DNA of 64,000 bases from Squalus acanthias (Eukaryota), in the NCBI GenBank assembly GCA_030390025.1, contig CM059431.1:106642001-106706000 (forward strand). The letters run 5' to 3'. Positions 35,516 through 48,355 of the stretch are shown piece by piece. Within the stretch, counting starts at the first letter, position 1; every line of letters starts with the position of its first letter. A program made the translations under genes and the position numbers. The notes beneath the pieces are model-generated. The model saw only the letters and a program-made list of their open reading frames with translations. It made no database searches and was not told the DNA's origin.

Positions 35516-37102
35516 CCAACGTCACCTTATAGGTGAAATCCAACAGAGTTACTGTTGTCATTGTTGCTAAGAAAGAGCTATACGATTAGTCCCACTCCCC
35601 TGCTCTTTCCCCATAGCCCTGCAATTTCTCTCCCCCTTAAAGTATTTATCCAATTCCCTTTTGAAAGTTACGATTGAATCTGCTTCCACCGCCCTTACAA
35701 CTCGCTGTGTAAACATTAAAAAAAAAGATATATTACATTTGTCTGGCATTAGCCTGATGCACGCTTTCATCTAATTTGTTAACAGTGTAGAATAGTTGAG
35801 GCTCAGCAGGTTACAAGAAGCAAAAACCAACTTCTGTCAGTGACAAAGTCGAACTTTTCAAGCACAAACAGCAGGCTTGCTTGCCGACAAATTGTGACAA
35901 CAAAAAGAGTTATAATTATAATATTAAACAGGACAAGGCAGTTAGTTGTTTCAGTAGCACCTGCAGAGCAATGCAACCGATTGTATACAACTCAGAGAAT
36001 TAATAGTATCTTGAAAAAAAGTCATTATGTTTTCTATATACTGTTGTTTAATCATAAAACAGAATGGTATAATAGCAGCAGCTCCGAGAAGTGCCCGTTT
36101 CATGACATGACCGTTAAACATGCATTGTAGAATTTAACTGTACATTTCATATTTTGAAGGCCTCTATTATCTTAAATTATGTTGGCATATTACATTAACT
36201 TGTGGCTAAGCCATATATTTAGGAACCGATGGCAAATTGCTATTTAAGACTTGGGTCATTTATTTTGCTCATACAAGGCAGTATAAGTATATAACAACAT
36301 CATAGGAATGCACAAACTGTACGAGTCAGTGAATCTTGAAATCTTACCTTGATTATTTATGGATACAAAACAGAATCCGTGTATAGCAAAATCATGAGGG
36401 GAATTATGCGTTCTTACAGTGTAGGTAATAGAAATGTGATATAAAGACAGAGGCATAAATGGCAGAATTGCTTCTAGGAATCTGATAAATGTCAAACATT
36501 AATATACTGTACATTCTTCTGCGCATTTTGCAGGAGTCTGCTGAAATATTTTATCGAAATAAGGACTTGCAGACACCATAACATCAGAGAAATGCAACTT
36601 TAAAATCTGGATTGATGAAACACAAACCCAACCAGCCCTGGTTTTGAGGAGATAACTTTGTATGAGATTAAACCCATACCACGCAGCCATCAATCCTGCG
36701 ACACTCAATTGAGATGTGGGTTATGTGTATCCTTGAAACAATTTGCTGTTTGCCTCTTGTTCGGACTGATTTCTAATTTAAAAAAAATATTTATGCAATG
36801 TTAAATTCAGCATTTTGTTAATTAGCTAGCCAGAGAGGGAATTGCAACTAGTCAATTGTAGATATTCCAGTACTAGCATTGCTTATTTATACAGGTTACT
36901 GTAGTTTTTAAAAAATGGAAAGAGACTAGGAGGTCAGTCCGCTGAATTGTTTACTCATTGACAAGCATCTTAGGTGATCAACAAAGATTGATTTTGTTCA
37001 ATGTTGACAGGCAACCATTCTGGGTTATTTAAACAATGAGATATGCTGTTTGCTCAGTCTGAGGCTCTTGGTGGTTGAAAGCTCGACCGAATGAACACTT
37101 GC

Positions 37103-38120
37103 GGGGTTAATTTTGGTGGAAGTGTGAAAACAGGTGCTAAATGGGTGCTACACGAATAAGACACGCCTTTTTGAATGTCTGGTTTTAGCATGCAATTTAG
37201 ACCCTAATTGCTGATTTGAAGGTGCCTGGAGGCGCTAAATCAGACACCTGCAGGTATAGCACTCAAGCGCTGGTTAGACGCAATTTTCATAGAGCAGTAT
37301 ATGTGGGCACCACGCACCCACTTCCACTGAAGGTGTGGAGTGGGCTGGCTGACAGACAGCCGCAGGTTTCAGGGTGGCTCAGGGACCGAGGGAGAGGGTG
37401 CACAGGTTCTCTGAGGTCCTGGCGAATGTGGTCCAGAGGAGGAGGGATGTCTTGTACCCGCAGGGGGGAAGGAGCCCACCTCGCCCTCCTGTCCCTCTCT
37501 CCTGCAGCAGCTGGTTCTGCTCTACCTTGGCCTCATGTCCTCCTTGCATTCCTCCTGCAGACCAAGGGGGACCCCTAGCAAGATGCCGGTGACCAAGCAC
37601 TCCCTTTCTCCTGGTGACTCCTATGAGGTGTCCAATAAGGTAGAGCAGCACGGCACTCACTCTTTTTTGGTGAAGCCCTCAGAGAATTTCCAGAATAAAT
37701 GTTGATAGAGTGTTGGTGAAGTGTCCCAGAAAGTCTCCCAATGTGTTTCAAAAGTCCATTTCAAACCTCCAGCAACAAGTGGACATTAAACGGTAATGTA
37801 CCTTTAAGTAGTGCTCGAATTTCTCAGCAATGGCTTGTTTACTCCTGTTCAGCTGGTCACTGTTAGGCGAGGTCGTTAAATGAAGTGTTATCCACCAAAA
37901 TGGCGTGCAGCCTCTTTAATGATCGCTAGCAGGCAATTTAATTGTCAATCAGTCCCCTTAACAATCCTTCGGGTGGCCATTACTAGCGCTGGCTTCAACT
38001 CCTTGACCAAGATAGCATCTTGCGCGAAACGCAGGCAAAACCAGCGTTGCAGCTTAAGACCCCATCTTGGCCACATCGTTACCTCTTTAGCGCCTAAAGT
38101 ATTCAGCCCAAATCACCCCC
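37103..38120. mobile_element. Short Harbinger derivative D
   Basis: Termini GGGGTTAATTTTGG / CCCAAATCACCCCC; Myb start GPRERVHRFSEVLANVVQRRRDVLYPQGGR at 37374-37470; TAGCGCC motifs shared with element A. Confidence 0.7.
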
Positions 38121-39379
38121 TTGACCTCCAAGCCTTAAGGAATGCTGTCGCTTAAACAGAGTGGGCAAGATTGCCTGAGCAGTCAGTAACACAAATTCCG
38201 GACCAGCTAGCTTTAGAATAGCTTAACTTGAAAGTAAGCCTATGCCTGGGGGAGTCAGTAAGGTTGAAAATTGTCCGTTCTCACTGTGATAAATGTAATC
38301 TGTTCACTTTCTTACTTTATGTCAAAAAGTCTGGTTTGCTGATTTGAGGTCGTGCCTCATCTCAATAAATGTCTTCTCAATCTGCTTTCCATGAAGAGAG
38401 AACACACATGGCAGTATATATGATATTACAATAGCTGCTATATGGCACGAGAGGTCTCTGTTATGATCCTTGGGTCGTGCTGTCATTTAGCTAGATATGG
38501 TGCAGTAAGAGTTACACTCCAGATCATAGGGAGAATGAGGTCCACTTACGGGACTGAGCAGTGATGCTGAATCCAAAAGAATATCTTGTGTGAAACCTGA
38601 GTATTGTTACTATTGTAAACACCTTAATTCAGAGTGAATCACAGGCACATTTTAATTCAACCTAGGATTTCTTGGAGTGTGGTGTAATAAGATTCAGTGC
38701 TCAAATCCCCAAGCACTCTCTCTCCTAGACCCCTTTAGTCATTGCACTCAGGTTAGTATGGACCAAGAGATGAGAGAAAAGACATTTATTCCAGCAAGGT
38801 AACGGGTAACGTCTACCCAAACGGAGTAGGGCCCACTCAGTATGTCGACTAAAATCATTACGTTATTGACAAACACCATTTCCAATCGTACATTCTTAAA
38901 GTGTAGTGCAATTATATTGCCAATGGTTCTGCTTGGTTCTAGTATGAGTACAGCTGGAAAGAGATGGGGTGAGAAAGAAGGAAAGATAGAAAGAGAAAAA
39001 AGTGAAGAAAAGAGAGCCAAGAGGCAACAAGCAGTAGGAAGGTCTAGGTCACTTCTACAGATATATACATCTCCGTCAATTCCTTCTCCTTTACTCCCTC
39101 CCCCCGTTTGCCAGAGGACAGGATTTGATGCTCAGCTCCCTTGATGGCTTGTTTTAGTTTATTGGAATGTTCCAGGGGCCTGAATTCCCACATTACAACT
39201 CCCTAATTAGTACTGAGGCCCTACTATTGTCATGGCAATAGTGCTACGTCCAGCCATTCAAACATTTTTAAAAATCCTTTCATATAGATTTAACTTTTTT
39301 CAGCGTATCTTGTCGATTACAGTGGCATTCTGGAAGGAGAATGCACTCAGTGTGGTTCTGTTATTATTGGCGATAGCAA

Positions 39380-39500
39380 GCCTGAACTCCTGTCATTGGT
39401 TCCCGGTTAAGCGGCGCCTTGATTTCGAAATTCTCATCCTTGTTTTCAAATCCCTCCATAGCCTCGCCCCTTCCTATCTCTGTAATCTCCTTCAGCCCCA
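39380..39500 (+). mobile_element. L2 fragment
   Basis: HWFPVKRRLDFEILILVFKSLHSLAPSYL, typical L2 ORF2 motif. Confidence 0.75.
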
Positions 39501-40362
39501 CAGTTTTTCCCGCATTTTCTGTATTTACTGGGATATATTTGCGCCTTTTTAAAGGTACATAAAAGCATGAAGAATTACCAACTACAGTAGTGACTTTCTG
39601 TACTGTTCTACTGTTCAGTATGATTGATGAATCAGTGAACATTTCCTAATTCAAAGTATTCCATGAATAGAACACAATATAATCATTTTAAATATACAAT
39701 CCCCAACATGATTGGTGTTAGCGCAAGTTGCCCGCTATAAGTTACACCACAATAGGTTAAGTCTCCTCATTTCGATCTCACTGATAAGCCTCCTCATTTC
39801 GTTGCTCTAACAAACTGAAGCTAGCCAACATATTCTCGACGGGCTGAAATCAAACAATATTCAGGCGCTAAGGATTAAACGGGAGCCTATGAATCCACAG
39901 CCAGTTTCGATTGTGTTTTTCTCTCTTCCTCTCTTCCTTTTCACGGCTCTATTTTGATGCCTTTGATGAATCCAATTACTAAGACAAAGGGCCGATTTCA
40001 CAAATGCAGGGGATTAACGAGGTGCAAACTTATTGAAGAACCTATTGATTTGCCCAAAATAGCCAGCGCCCTTAATATGCTATACATGGTGCCTTTGTAA
40101 TTGACTCTTGTGGTACTGGCAAATGGTTAATGCTATTTTCCCAATATGGGCAGCTGCCCATGATAAGCATGGATGGTGTAAGTGGTGGGGACCGAGTTAA
40201 ATGTGTGCTCAATGGTTGGTTTAATTCATTATTGTGATAAAGATAAACAGCTTGCCAGTGCTTTTAAACACCAACAGAAAATGCTGGAAATACTCAGCAG
40301 GTCAGGCCGCATTGTGGAAAGAGAAACAGAGTTAACGTTTCAGGTCGATGACCCGTCGTCAG

Positions 40363-40395
40363 AGTTCTGATGAAGGGTCTTCGACCTGAAACGTT
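40363..40395 (+). ncRNA. Hammerhead motif (family Y); mirror copy on - strand at 40330-40366
   Basis: AGUU-CUGAUGA-AGGGUC uuc GACCU-GAAA-CGUU; minus copy CUGACGA-CGGGUC auc GACCU-GAAA-CGUU-AACU. Confidence 0.75.
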
Positions 40396-40936
40396 GGGCT
40401 AGATTTTAATGGACCTCAGAGGGTGGGTATGGAGGCAGGTCGGCAGCGAAAATTTGAAAAAATGGCGGTTGGCGGTGAAACTCGCCGCCAACCCGCCCCC
40501 ACGCTAATTCCGTAAGTGTCGGGTCAGCCGCTCCCGAACTCACCCAACACCAAACGGCGGGACAGGCAGTTAAGGCAGTTAACAGCCCGTTAACTGCCTT
40601 GCTAATCCTATTTTAATCTGCGATTCTGATTTTGGTGCTTTTGGCTCCTGTTTCCCGTCTTCGGAGAAACACGCCAGCTGCAATGAGTCGGGTTTCTCAA
40701 GGACATGATTTGTTGTCAGTTGCTGCAGCAGCTTAAAAGCGCTCCTGCAACATGGCTGCCATTCAAACGCCACAACTTTGTTGTTGGAGGTTTGGGATAA
40801 GATTTTGCAAATCTACTGACCTTGTGACTGTTCAAGCTGACACCCATCTGCAGTGTTATCTGATTGGAATAATTTCAGGCCACTTTGAGTGTGTGCTTGC
40901 AAGCTTCTTGCCTCAACTAAAATCTATAGCAACGGG

Positions 40937-41935
40937 ATGGGAACCATTTATATCCTGTCATCCTGGTCATCAGATTCGGAGGAAGAGCAGCCTTGGCAGC
41001 ACCACAACCAGCCACAACAGCAGCACCAGCACCAGGAGCGCCAACCTCCTCCTCACCCACCTGATGCTGCACAGGGCGGAGGGCCTCAGCGCAGGGCTGC
41101 ACCGCGCCGCAGGAGATACCCCCAACACAGGGTTTACAGGCCGAGGATCAGCTTCCTCAGCATGACTGAGCAGCAGTGCCAAAGGAGGCTGAGACTTTCG
41201 AGAAACGTAGTCGCTGACATCTGCGCAATGCTGCACCAACACCTGGAGCCCAGAGGAGCGTGTGGACACTCCTTACCAGTGGCTGCCAAAGTCACCACTG
41301 CACTCAACTTCTTTGCTTCGGGCTGCCTCCAGGGATCAGCTGCAGACATAAGTGGCACCTCCCAGTCGGCCGCACACGCCTGCATCACGCAGGTCACTGA
41401 TGCACCCTTTGCAAAGGCCCACAATTACATCCACTTCTCCAAGGATGGTCCAAGTGTGACCGCAGGTGCGGTTGGCTTTGCCAATATGACAGGCTTTCCA
41501 ATGGTGCAGGGCGTCATAGACTGCACACATGTAGCCATTAGGGCCCCCTATTACAACCCAGCTGTATCTGTCAACCGCAAGGGATTCCACTCCCTGAACG
41601 TCCAGCTGGTGTGTAACCACAGCAAGATCATCATGCATGTTTGCGTTAAATATCCTGGCAGTTGCCATGACTCCTTCATCCTGTGCCAGTCTACTGTGCC
41701 TCAGCTCTTCCATCCAACAACCCAACTTTGCGGATGGTTACTTGGTGACAAGGGCTATCCCCTGAAAAAGTGACTTATGACATCGATGAGGAGGCCATCA
41801 AACGAGGCTGAGGAGCACTACAATCTTAGCCACTTATCCACCAGAAGCATCGTCGAGCAAACCATCGGCTTGCTCAAAATGTGCTTCCGGTGCCTGGACA
41901 GATCTGGTGGAGCCCTGCAGTATGTACCAGACAAA
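40937..41935 (+). pseudogene. Harbinger DDE transposase (in-frame stop at 41771, C-terminus truncated)
   Basis: [58 protein letters not shown]; after the stop RSIVEQTIGLLKMCFRCLDRSGGALQY. Confidence 0.95.
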
Positions 41936-41953
41936 TGACTACCCTTGTAACTA

Positions 41954-42904
41954 TTAGTGCTTTAACTTCCTCTTACGCATGCTCCTACGTGGTATTTCCC
42001 CTGTGGCTTCAACAGATGTAGAGGCACCTTGCTCACTTTGGTGATGCGCCTGCTTAGACGCCTTTGGCATGCGTCCTCTGGGTTTGGGAGCCTGTGAGGG
42101 CTCCTCCACAGTCTGCTCTTCCTGCGTCTGTGCAGGGGCTGAGACGGCCATCTCAGTTGGGTGAGGAACCTGGGGCTCTGACCGAGGGCTCCCCCACTTC
42201 CAGCTCCTTGCTACCTCCCATTATGTTATGAGCAGCCTCCTCAGCGTGAGTTAATGTGGCGGGTGATGGTGTGCTTCTTCCTGTCTTGGCTCTCTCCCTC
42301 TTATTGTGGGCTCTCTTTTCCTGCAAGGAGGGACACAAGTGGAGTTTCAGCGAGAGTGATGGAGTGAGTGTGACGAATCCCTAAGGTAGAATCTTAGAGG
42401 GAGACCAGGATGGAGTGAGGTGGCAAGAGGAAGGTGCCTCCCTGTGCCTTGTTAGATGTTGTCATTGCATAACAGTGAGAGCGAGTGTGAGGGGTGCATA
42501 GCAGGATGGTGAAGTGATTTAGTACAGAGAGAGAGATAGAAAGGTAAGGGTGCAAGGGAAATAAGGGTAAGGTGGGATGTGGAGGAGCAGGCTGACAATG
42601 CAGTGCTGGTGATGAGAAGAGAAGGGAAGCAGAGTGAAGGTCAGTGTGATGTGAAACTCACTTTTGATGTTCGGACAAGATCATTGAAGTGTTTGCGGCA
42701 CTGGAGCCAGGTGCGTCCACACAGCGACCTTGCGCTGACCTCCTCAGCTATCTCCAGCCAGGCTGCCTTCGTCTGTTGAGGAGGCTTCCTGCGGCCATCG
42801 GCAGGGAACAGAATGTCCCTGGGCCCTCTTCCACCCTCTAGAAGAGCTTGCAGGGAGTCGTCATTGAATCTACGAGTTGCCTTCCTGCCTGTGGCAGCAC
42901 TCAT
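41954..42904 (-). pseudogene. Harbinger Myb/SANT-like gene: exon 1 42904-42662, intron 42661-42321, exon 2 from 42320, basic C-terminus
   Basis: RRFNDDSLQALL..ILFP..KAAWLEIAEEVSA..RTWLQCRKHFNDL; GTGAGT donor, TTGCAG acceptor, in-frame EKRAHNKRERAKTG; frame break near 42153. Confidence 0.85.
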
Positions 42905-43289
42905 GGTGATCCTGACCCTTTCCAGCAGCAGCAGCGATGAGAAATGAGAGGCTGAGGCTACACGGAGCCCTTAAAAAACAAGTGCAGCAAAGACCTCATC
43001 AGTGCAGACCAACAGATCGACTGCAACTCATTGCAGCAGGCAGCGCGCACAATGGGACTAATTGGACCAATTAAGTCAAAATGGGACACTGGCAGCGGCT
43101 GAAACCGGCAGCGGGTCCGAAACCCACCCACCAGGCAACCCGACTCCCTCCCGCCTCCTCCGTTAAAATCAAGGCCGTTAAATCTGTTTCTCTCTCCACG
43201 ATGCTGCCTGACCTGCTGAGTGTTTCCAGCATTTTCTGTTGTTGTTTCAGATTTCCAGCATCCGCAGTATTTTGCTATTGTGCCAGTGA

Positions 43290-43500
43290 TTTTAGTAGAG
43301 GGATAAATATCGGCCAGGACACCAGGGAGTACTCCCCTGCTCTTCTTTGAATGGTGCCGTGGGATTTTTAGCTCCATCTGAGAGGACAGACGGGGCCTTG
43401 GTTCAACTTCTTATCCAAAAGATAGCACCTCTGACAGGGCAGCACTCCCTCAGTACTGCACCGGGAGTGTCAGCCTGGATTCTGTGCTCGAACTCCCTGG
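43290..43500 (-). mobile_element. Deu-domain SINE fragment
   Basis: Reverse complement matches 14340-14535. Confidence 0.8.
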
Positions 43501-44444
43501 ATTGATAAAGAGGCATAGCTGAACTCAGCAAAGATACCAACAGTAAGTATTGCTTCTAATGCTTGGGAAAAATTGTTGGTGCAATAGAGAAGTTCAATTC
43601 TAAACTCTCAATGACATGGAACATCAGTAGACTGAGCCTGAACTTGTCATGTTGAAAATATATAGAGATGTCAAACTTGCTTAGCTCGACTATGAAGGTG
43701 CACCATTGTTCTGGCTATGCGAGGACACAGGTTAACCTCTGAAAATGCTAGTTAGAAGAACATAAGAACATAAGTAATAGAAGCAGGAGTCGGCCATTTG
43801 GCCCTTCGAGCCTGCTCCGCCATTCAACAAAATCATGGCTGATCTTCTACCTCAACTCCACCTTCCCGCACTATCCCCATATCCCATAATTCCCTTAGTT
43901 CCCAAAAATTTATCGACCTCTGTCTTGAATATACACAACGAATGCGCATCCACAGCTCTCTGGGGTAGAGAATTCCAAAGATTCACCACCCGCTGAGTGC
44001 AGAAATTTCTCCTCATCTCAGTCCTAAATGGCCGACCCCTTATTCTGAGACTGTGACCCCTGGTTCCAGATTCCCCAGCCAGGGGAAACATCCTCCCTGC
44101 ACCTAACCTGTCAAGCCCCTTAAGAATTTTATATGTTTCGATGAGATCACCTCTCATTCTTCTAAACTCTAGGGAATATAAGACTAGTCTACTCAATATC
44201 TTCTCACAGGGCAATCCCCTCATCCTAGGAACCAGTCCAGTGAACCTTTGTTGCACTCCCTCTGAGGCAAGTATATCTTTCCTTAGGTAAGGAGACCAGA
44301 ACTGCACACAGTACTCTAGGTGTGGCCTCACCAATGTCCTGTATAATAGAAACATAGAAACATAGAAGATAGGAGCAGGAGTAGGCTATTTGGCCCCTCG
44401 AGCCTGCTCCGCCATTCAATGCGATCATGGCTGATCATCCAAAT

Positions 44445-47282
44445 TCAGTACCCTGTCCCTGCTTTCTCCCCATATCCCTTGATCCCCTTAGCCTTAAGAA
44501 ATATATCTAACTCCTTCTTGAATATATTTAATGAATTGGACTCAACTGCCTTCTGTGGTAGAGAATTCCACAGGTTCACCACTCTCTGGGTGAAGAAATT
44601 CCTCCTCATCTCAGTCCTAAATGGCTTGCCCCTTATCCTTAGACTGTGACCCCTGGTTCTGTACTCCCCCGCCATCGGGAGCATCCTTCCTGCATCTAGT
44701 CTGTCTAGTCCTTTTAGAATTTTATAAGTTTCAATGAGATCCCCTCTCATTCTTCTAAACTCTAGCGAATACAAGCCCAATCGACCCAATCTCTCTTCAT
44801 ACGTCATTCCTGCCATCCCAGGTATCAGTCTGGTGAATCTTCACTGCACTCCCTCCATGGCAAGAACATCCTTCCTCAGATAAGGCAAAGAAACTACACA
44901 CAATACTCAAGGTGTGGTCTCAGCAAAGCCCTGTACAACTGCAGCAAGACCTCCTTGCTCCTGTACTTGAATCCTCTCGCTATGAAGGCCAACATACCAT
45001 TTGTCTTCTTAACCGCCTGTTGCACCTGCATGCTTACCTTCAGCAACTGGTGCACAAGGACATCCAGGTCTCGTTGCACTTCCCCTGTTCCCAATCTATT
45101 GCCGTTCAGATAATAATCTGCCTTCCTGTTTTTGCCACCAAAGTAGATAACCTCGCATTTATCCACATTATACTGCATCTGCCCAATCACCCAACCTGTC
45201 CAAATCATACTGGAGTTTCTCTGCATCCTCCTCACAGCACACACGCCCACCCAGCTTTGTGTCATCTGCAAACTTGGAGATATTACATCTAGTTCCCTCG
45301 TCTAGATCATTAATATATATTGTGAATAACTGGGGTCCTAGCACCGATCCCTGCAGTACCCCACTAGTCACTGGCTGCCATTCGGAAAAAGACCCGTTTA
45401 TTCCAACTCTTTGCTTCCTGTCTGCCAACCAGTTTTCTATCCAAGTCAGTACCTTACGCCCAAACCCATGTGCTTTAACTTTGCATGCAAATCTCTTATG
45501 CGGGACCTTATCGAAAGCCTTCTGAAAGTCCAAATACACCACATCCACTGGTTCTTCCTTACCTATTCTACCAGTTACATCCTCAAAAAATTCCAGTAGA
45601 TTAGTCAAGCATGATTTACCTTTTGTAAATCCATGTTCACTTTGTCCGATCCTGTCACTGTTTTCCAAGTGCTCTGCTATTACATCTTTTATAATGCACT
45701 CTAGCATTTTCCCCACTACTGATGTCAGGCTTAATTCCCCGTTTTCTCTCTACAACCTTTTTTAAATAGTGGGGTTACATTAGCTACCCTCCAATCCATG
45801 GGAACTGTTCCAGAGTCTATAGAATTTTGGAAGATGACCAGCAATGCATCTATTATTTCTAGGGCCACTTCCTTAAGTACCCTAGGATGTAGACTATTAG
45901 GCCCTGGGGTTTATCGACCTTCAATCCCGTCAATTTCCCTAACACCATTTCCCTACAAATACTGATTTCATTCAATTCCTTCTTCTCATTAGACCCTATG
46001 TTCCCCGACATCTCTGGGAGGTTATTTGTGTCCTCCTTTGTGAAGACAGAACCAAAGTATGTATTTAATTGGTCTGCCATTTCTTTGTTCCCCATTATAA
46101 ATTCCCCTGATTCTGACTGCAAGGGACCTACGCTTGACTTCACCAATCTTTTTCTCTTCACATATATATAGAAGCTTTTACAGTCAGTTTTTATGTTCCC
46201 TGAAAGCTTACTCTCATACTCTATTTTCCCCCTCTTAATTAATCCCTTTGTCCTCCTTTGCTGAATCCTAAACTGCTCCCAATCCTCAGGTTTGCTGCTT
46301 TTTCTGGCCAATTTATATGTCTTCTCCTTGGATCTTATGCTATCCCTAATTTCCCTTGTTAGCCACGGTTGAGTCAATTTTTTGTTTTATTTTAATGCCA
46401 AACAGGGATGAACAAATTCTGTAGTTCATCCGTGCGATCTTTAAATGTTTGCCATTGCTTATCCACCGTCATCCTTTTAAGTAACGTTCCCCAATCCATC
46501 CTAGCCAACTCACGCCTCATACCATCATAGTTTCCTTTATTTAAATTCAGGACCCTAGTCTCTGAGTCAACTACTTCACTCTCCATCTTAATGAAGAATT
46601 CTATCATATTATGATCGCTCCTCCCCAAGGGGCCTCGCACAACAAGATTGCTAATTAATCCTTTCTCATTACATAATACCCAGTCTAAGATGGCCTGATC
46701 TCTAGTTGGTTCCTCGACATATTGGTCCAGGAAACCATCCCGTATACACTCTAGGAATTCCTCCTCCACAGTATTGTTACTAATTTGGTTGGCCCAATCT
46801 ATATGTAGATTAAAGTCACCCATGATAACTGCTGTGCTCTTATTGCACGCATCTCTAATTTCCCATTTAATGCCATCCCCAACCTCAGCATTACTGTTTG
46901 GGGGTCTGTATGCAACTCCCACTAACATTTTCTGCCCCTTGGTATTTCTCAGCTCTACCCATACTGATTCCACATCATCAGAGCTAATATCCTTCCTTAC
47001 TATTGTGTTAATCTCCTCTTTAACCAGCAATGCTACCCCACCTCCTTTTCCTTTTTGCCTGTCCTTCCTGAATATTGAATACCCCTGGATGTTGAATTCC
47101 CAGCCTTGGTCACCCTGGAGCCATGTCTCCGTAATCCCAATTATATCATATCCGTTTATATCTATTTGCGCAGTTAATTCATCCACCTTATTACGAATGC
47201 TCCTCGCATTAAGACACAAAGCCTTCAGGCTTGTTTTTTTAACACTCTTAGACCTTTTAGAATGATTGTTTACTGTGTCCAT
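44445..47282 (-). pseudogene. CR1 ORF2 (APE endonuclease + RT), frameshifted
   Basis: [54 protein letters not shown]. Confidence 0.95.
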
Positions 47283-47404
47283 GTTTGATTTACACCCTTG
47301 ATTTCTCTGACTTCCACTTTTGCTTTTCTCCTTCCTGTCTTTTTCTTCTATCCTTGCTTCCCTTTCCTCTGTCTCCCTGCACAGGATCCCAACCCCCTGC
47401 CATT

Positions 47405-48355
47405 TTAGTTTAAACCCTCCCCAACAGCACTAGCAAACACTCCCCCTAGGACATCGGTCCCAGCCCTGCCCAGGTGCAAACCGTCCAGTTTGTACTGGTC
47501 CCACCTCCCCCAGAACCGGTTCCAATGTCCCAGAAATTTGAATCCCTCCCCCTTGCACCATTCTTCTAGTCACGTATTCATCTGAAATATCCTTCTATTT
47601 CTACTCTGACTAGTACGTGGCACTGGTAGCAGTCCTGAGATTACTACCTTTGAGGTCCTATTTTTTAATTTACCTCCTAACTCCCTATATTCAGCTTTTA
47701 GGACCTCATCCCGTTTTTTACCTATATTGTTGGTGCCTATATGCACCACGACAACTGGCTGTTCACCCTCCCCCTCCAGAATGCCCTGCAGCCGCTCCAA
47801 GACATCCTTGACCCTTGCACCAGGGATGCAACATACCACCCTGGAGTCTCGTTTGCGGCCGCAGAAATGCCTATCTATTCCCACTACAATAGAATCCCCT
47901 ATCACTATAGCCCTCCTGCTCTTCTTCCTCCCCTCCTGTGCAGCAGAACCAACCATGGTGCCAGGAAGTTGGTTGCTGCTGCCTTCCCCCGATAAGCCAT
48001 CCCGCCCAACAATATCCAAAGTGGTATATCTGTTTGAGAGGGGAATGGCCACAGGGGACCCCTGCACTACCTGCCTGCGCCTACTACTCTGCCTGGCGGT
48101 CACTCATTCCCTTCCTGCCTGTGCAGCCTTTACCTGTGGTGTGACCAACTCATTAAACGTGATATCCACGATGTCCTCAGCATTGCGAATGCTCCAGTAT
48201 GCATCCATTCGCAGCTCTAGCGCCACAATGCGGTCTGCCAGTAGCTGCAGCTGGATACACTTCCTGCACACATGGTCGTCAGGGACACAGGAAGTGTCCC
48301 TGATTTCCCACATAGCGCAGGTGGAGCATGCCACGGGGCCGAGCTGTGCTGCCAT
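47405..48355 (-). pseudogene. CR1 ORF1 (zinc-finger/coiled-coil + SGNH esterase), internal stops
   Basis: CSTC..CRKC, LELR heptads, IGDSIV, PGA, HIGTN motifs typical of CR1 ORF1 esterase. Confidence 0.9.

Larger units (their letters stand above)
40396..43176. mobile_element. PIF/Harbinger transposon E (2.8 kb, two convergent genes)
   Basis: TIRs GGGCTAGATTTTAATGGA / TCCGTTAAAATCAAGGCC (15/18), perfect GTT TSD (40393-95, 43177-79). Confidence 0.92.
40266..43277. mobile_element. Palindromic Penelope terminal-repeat element (family Y), split by Harbinger E
   Basis: 40266-40362 is the reverse complement of 40367-40395 joined to 43180-43247; hammerhead core on both strands. Confidence 0.8.

Noticed and set aside
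40889..41773. Host gene HARBI1
   Set aside because: Lies between TIRs with a TSD, has a stop and truncation, and has several diverged relatives in the window, so it is a transposon copy rather than the domesticated gene.
42641..42904. Host MSANTD/NAIF1-like gene
   Set aside because: Inside Harbinger E, convergent with the transposase; it is the normal second gene of the element.
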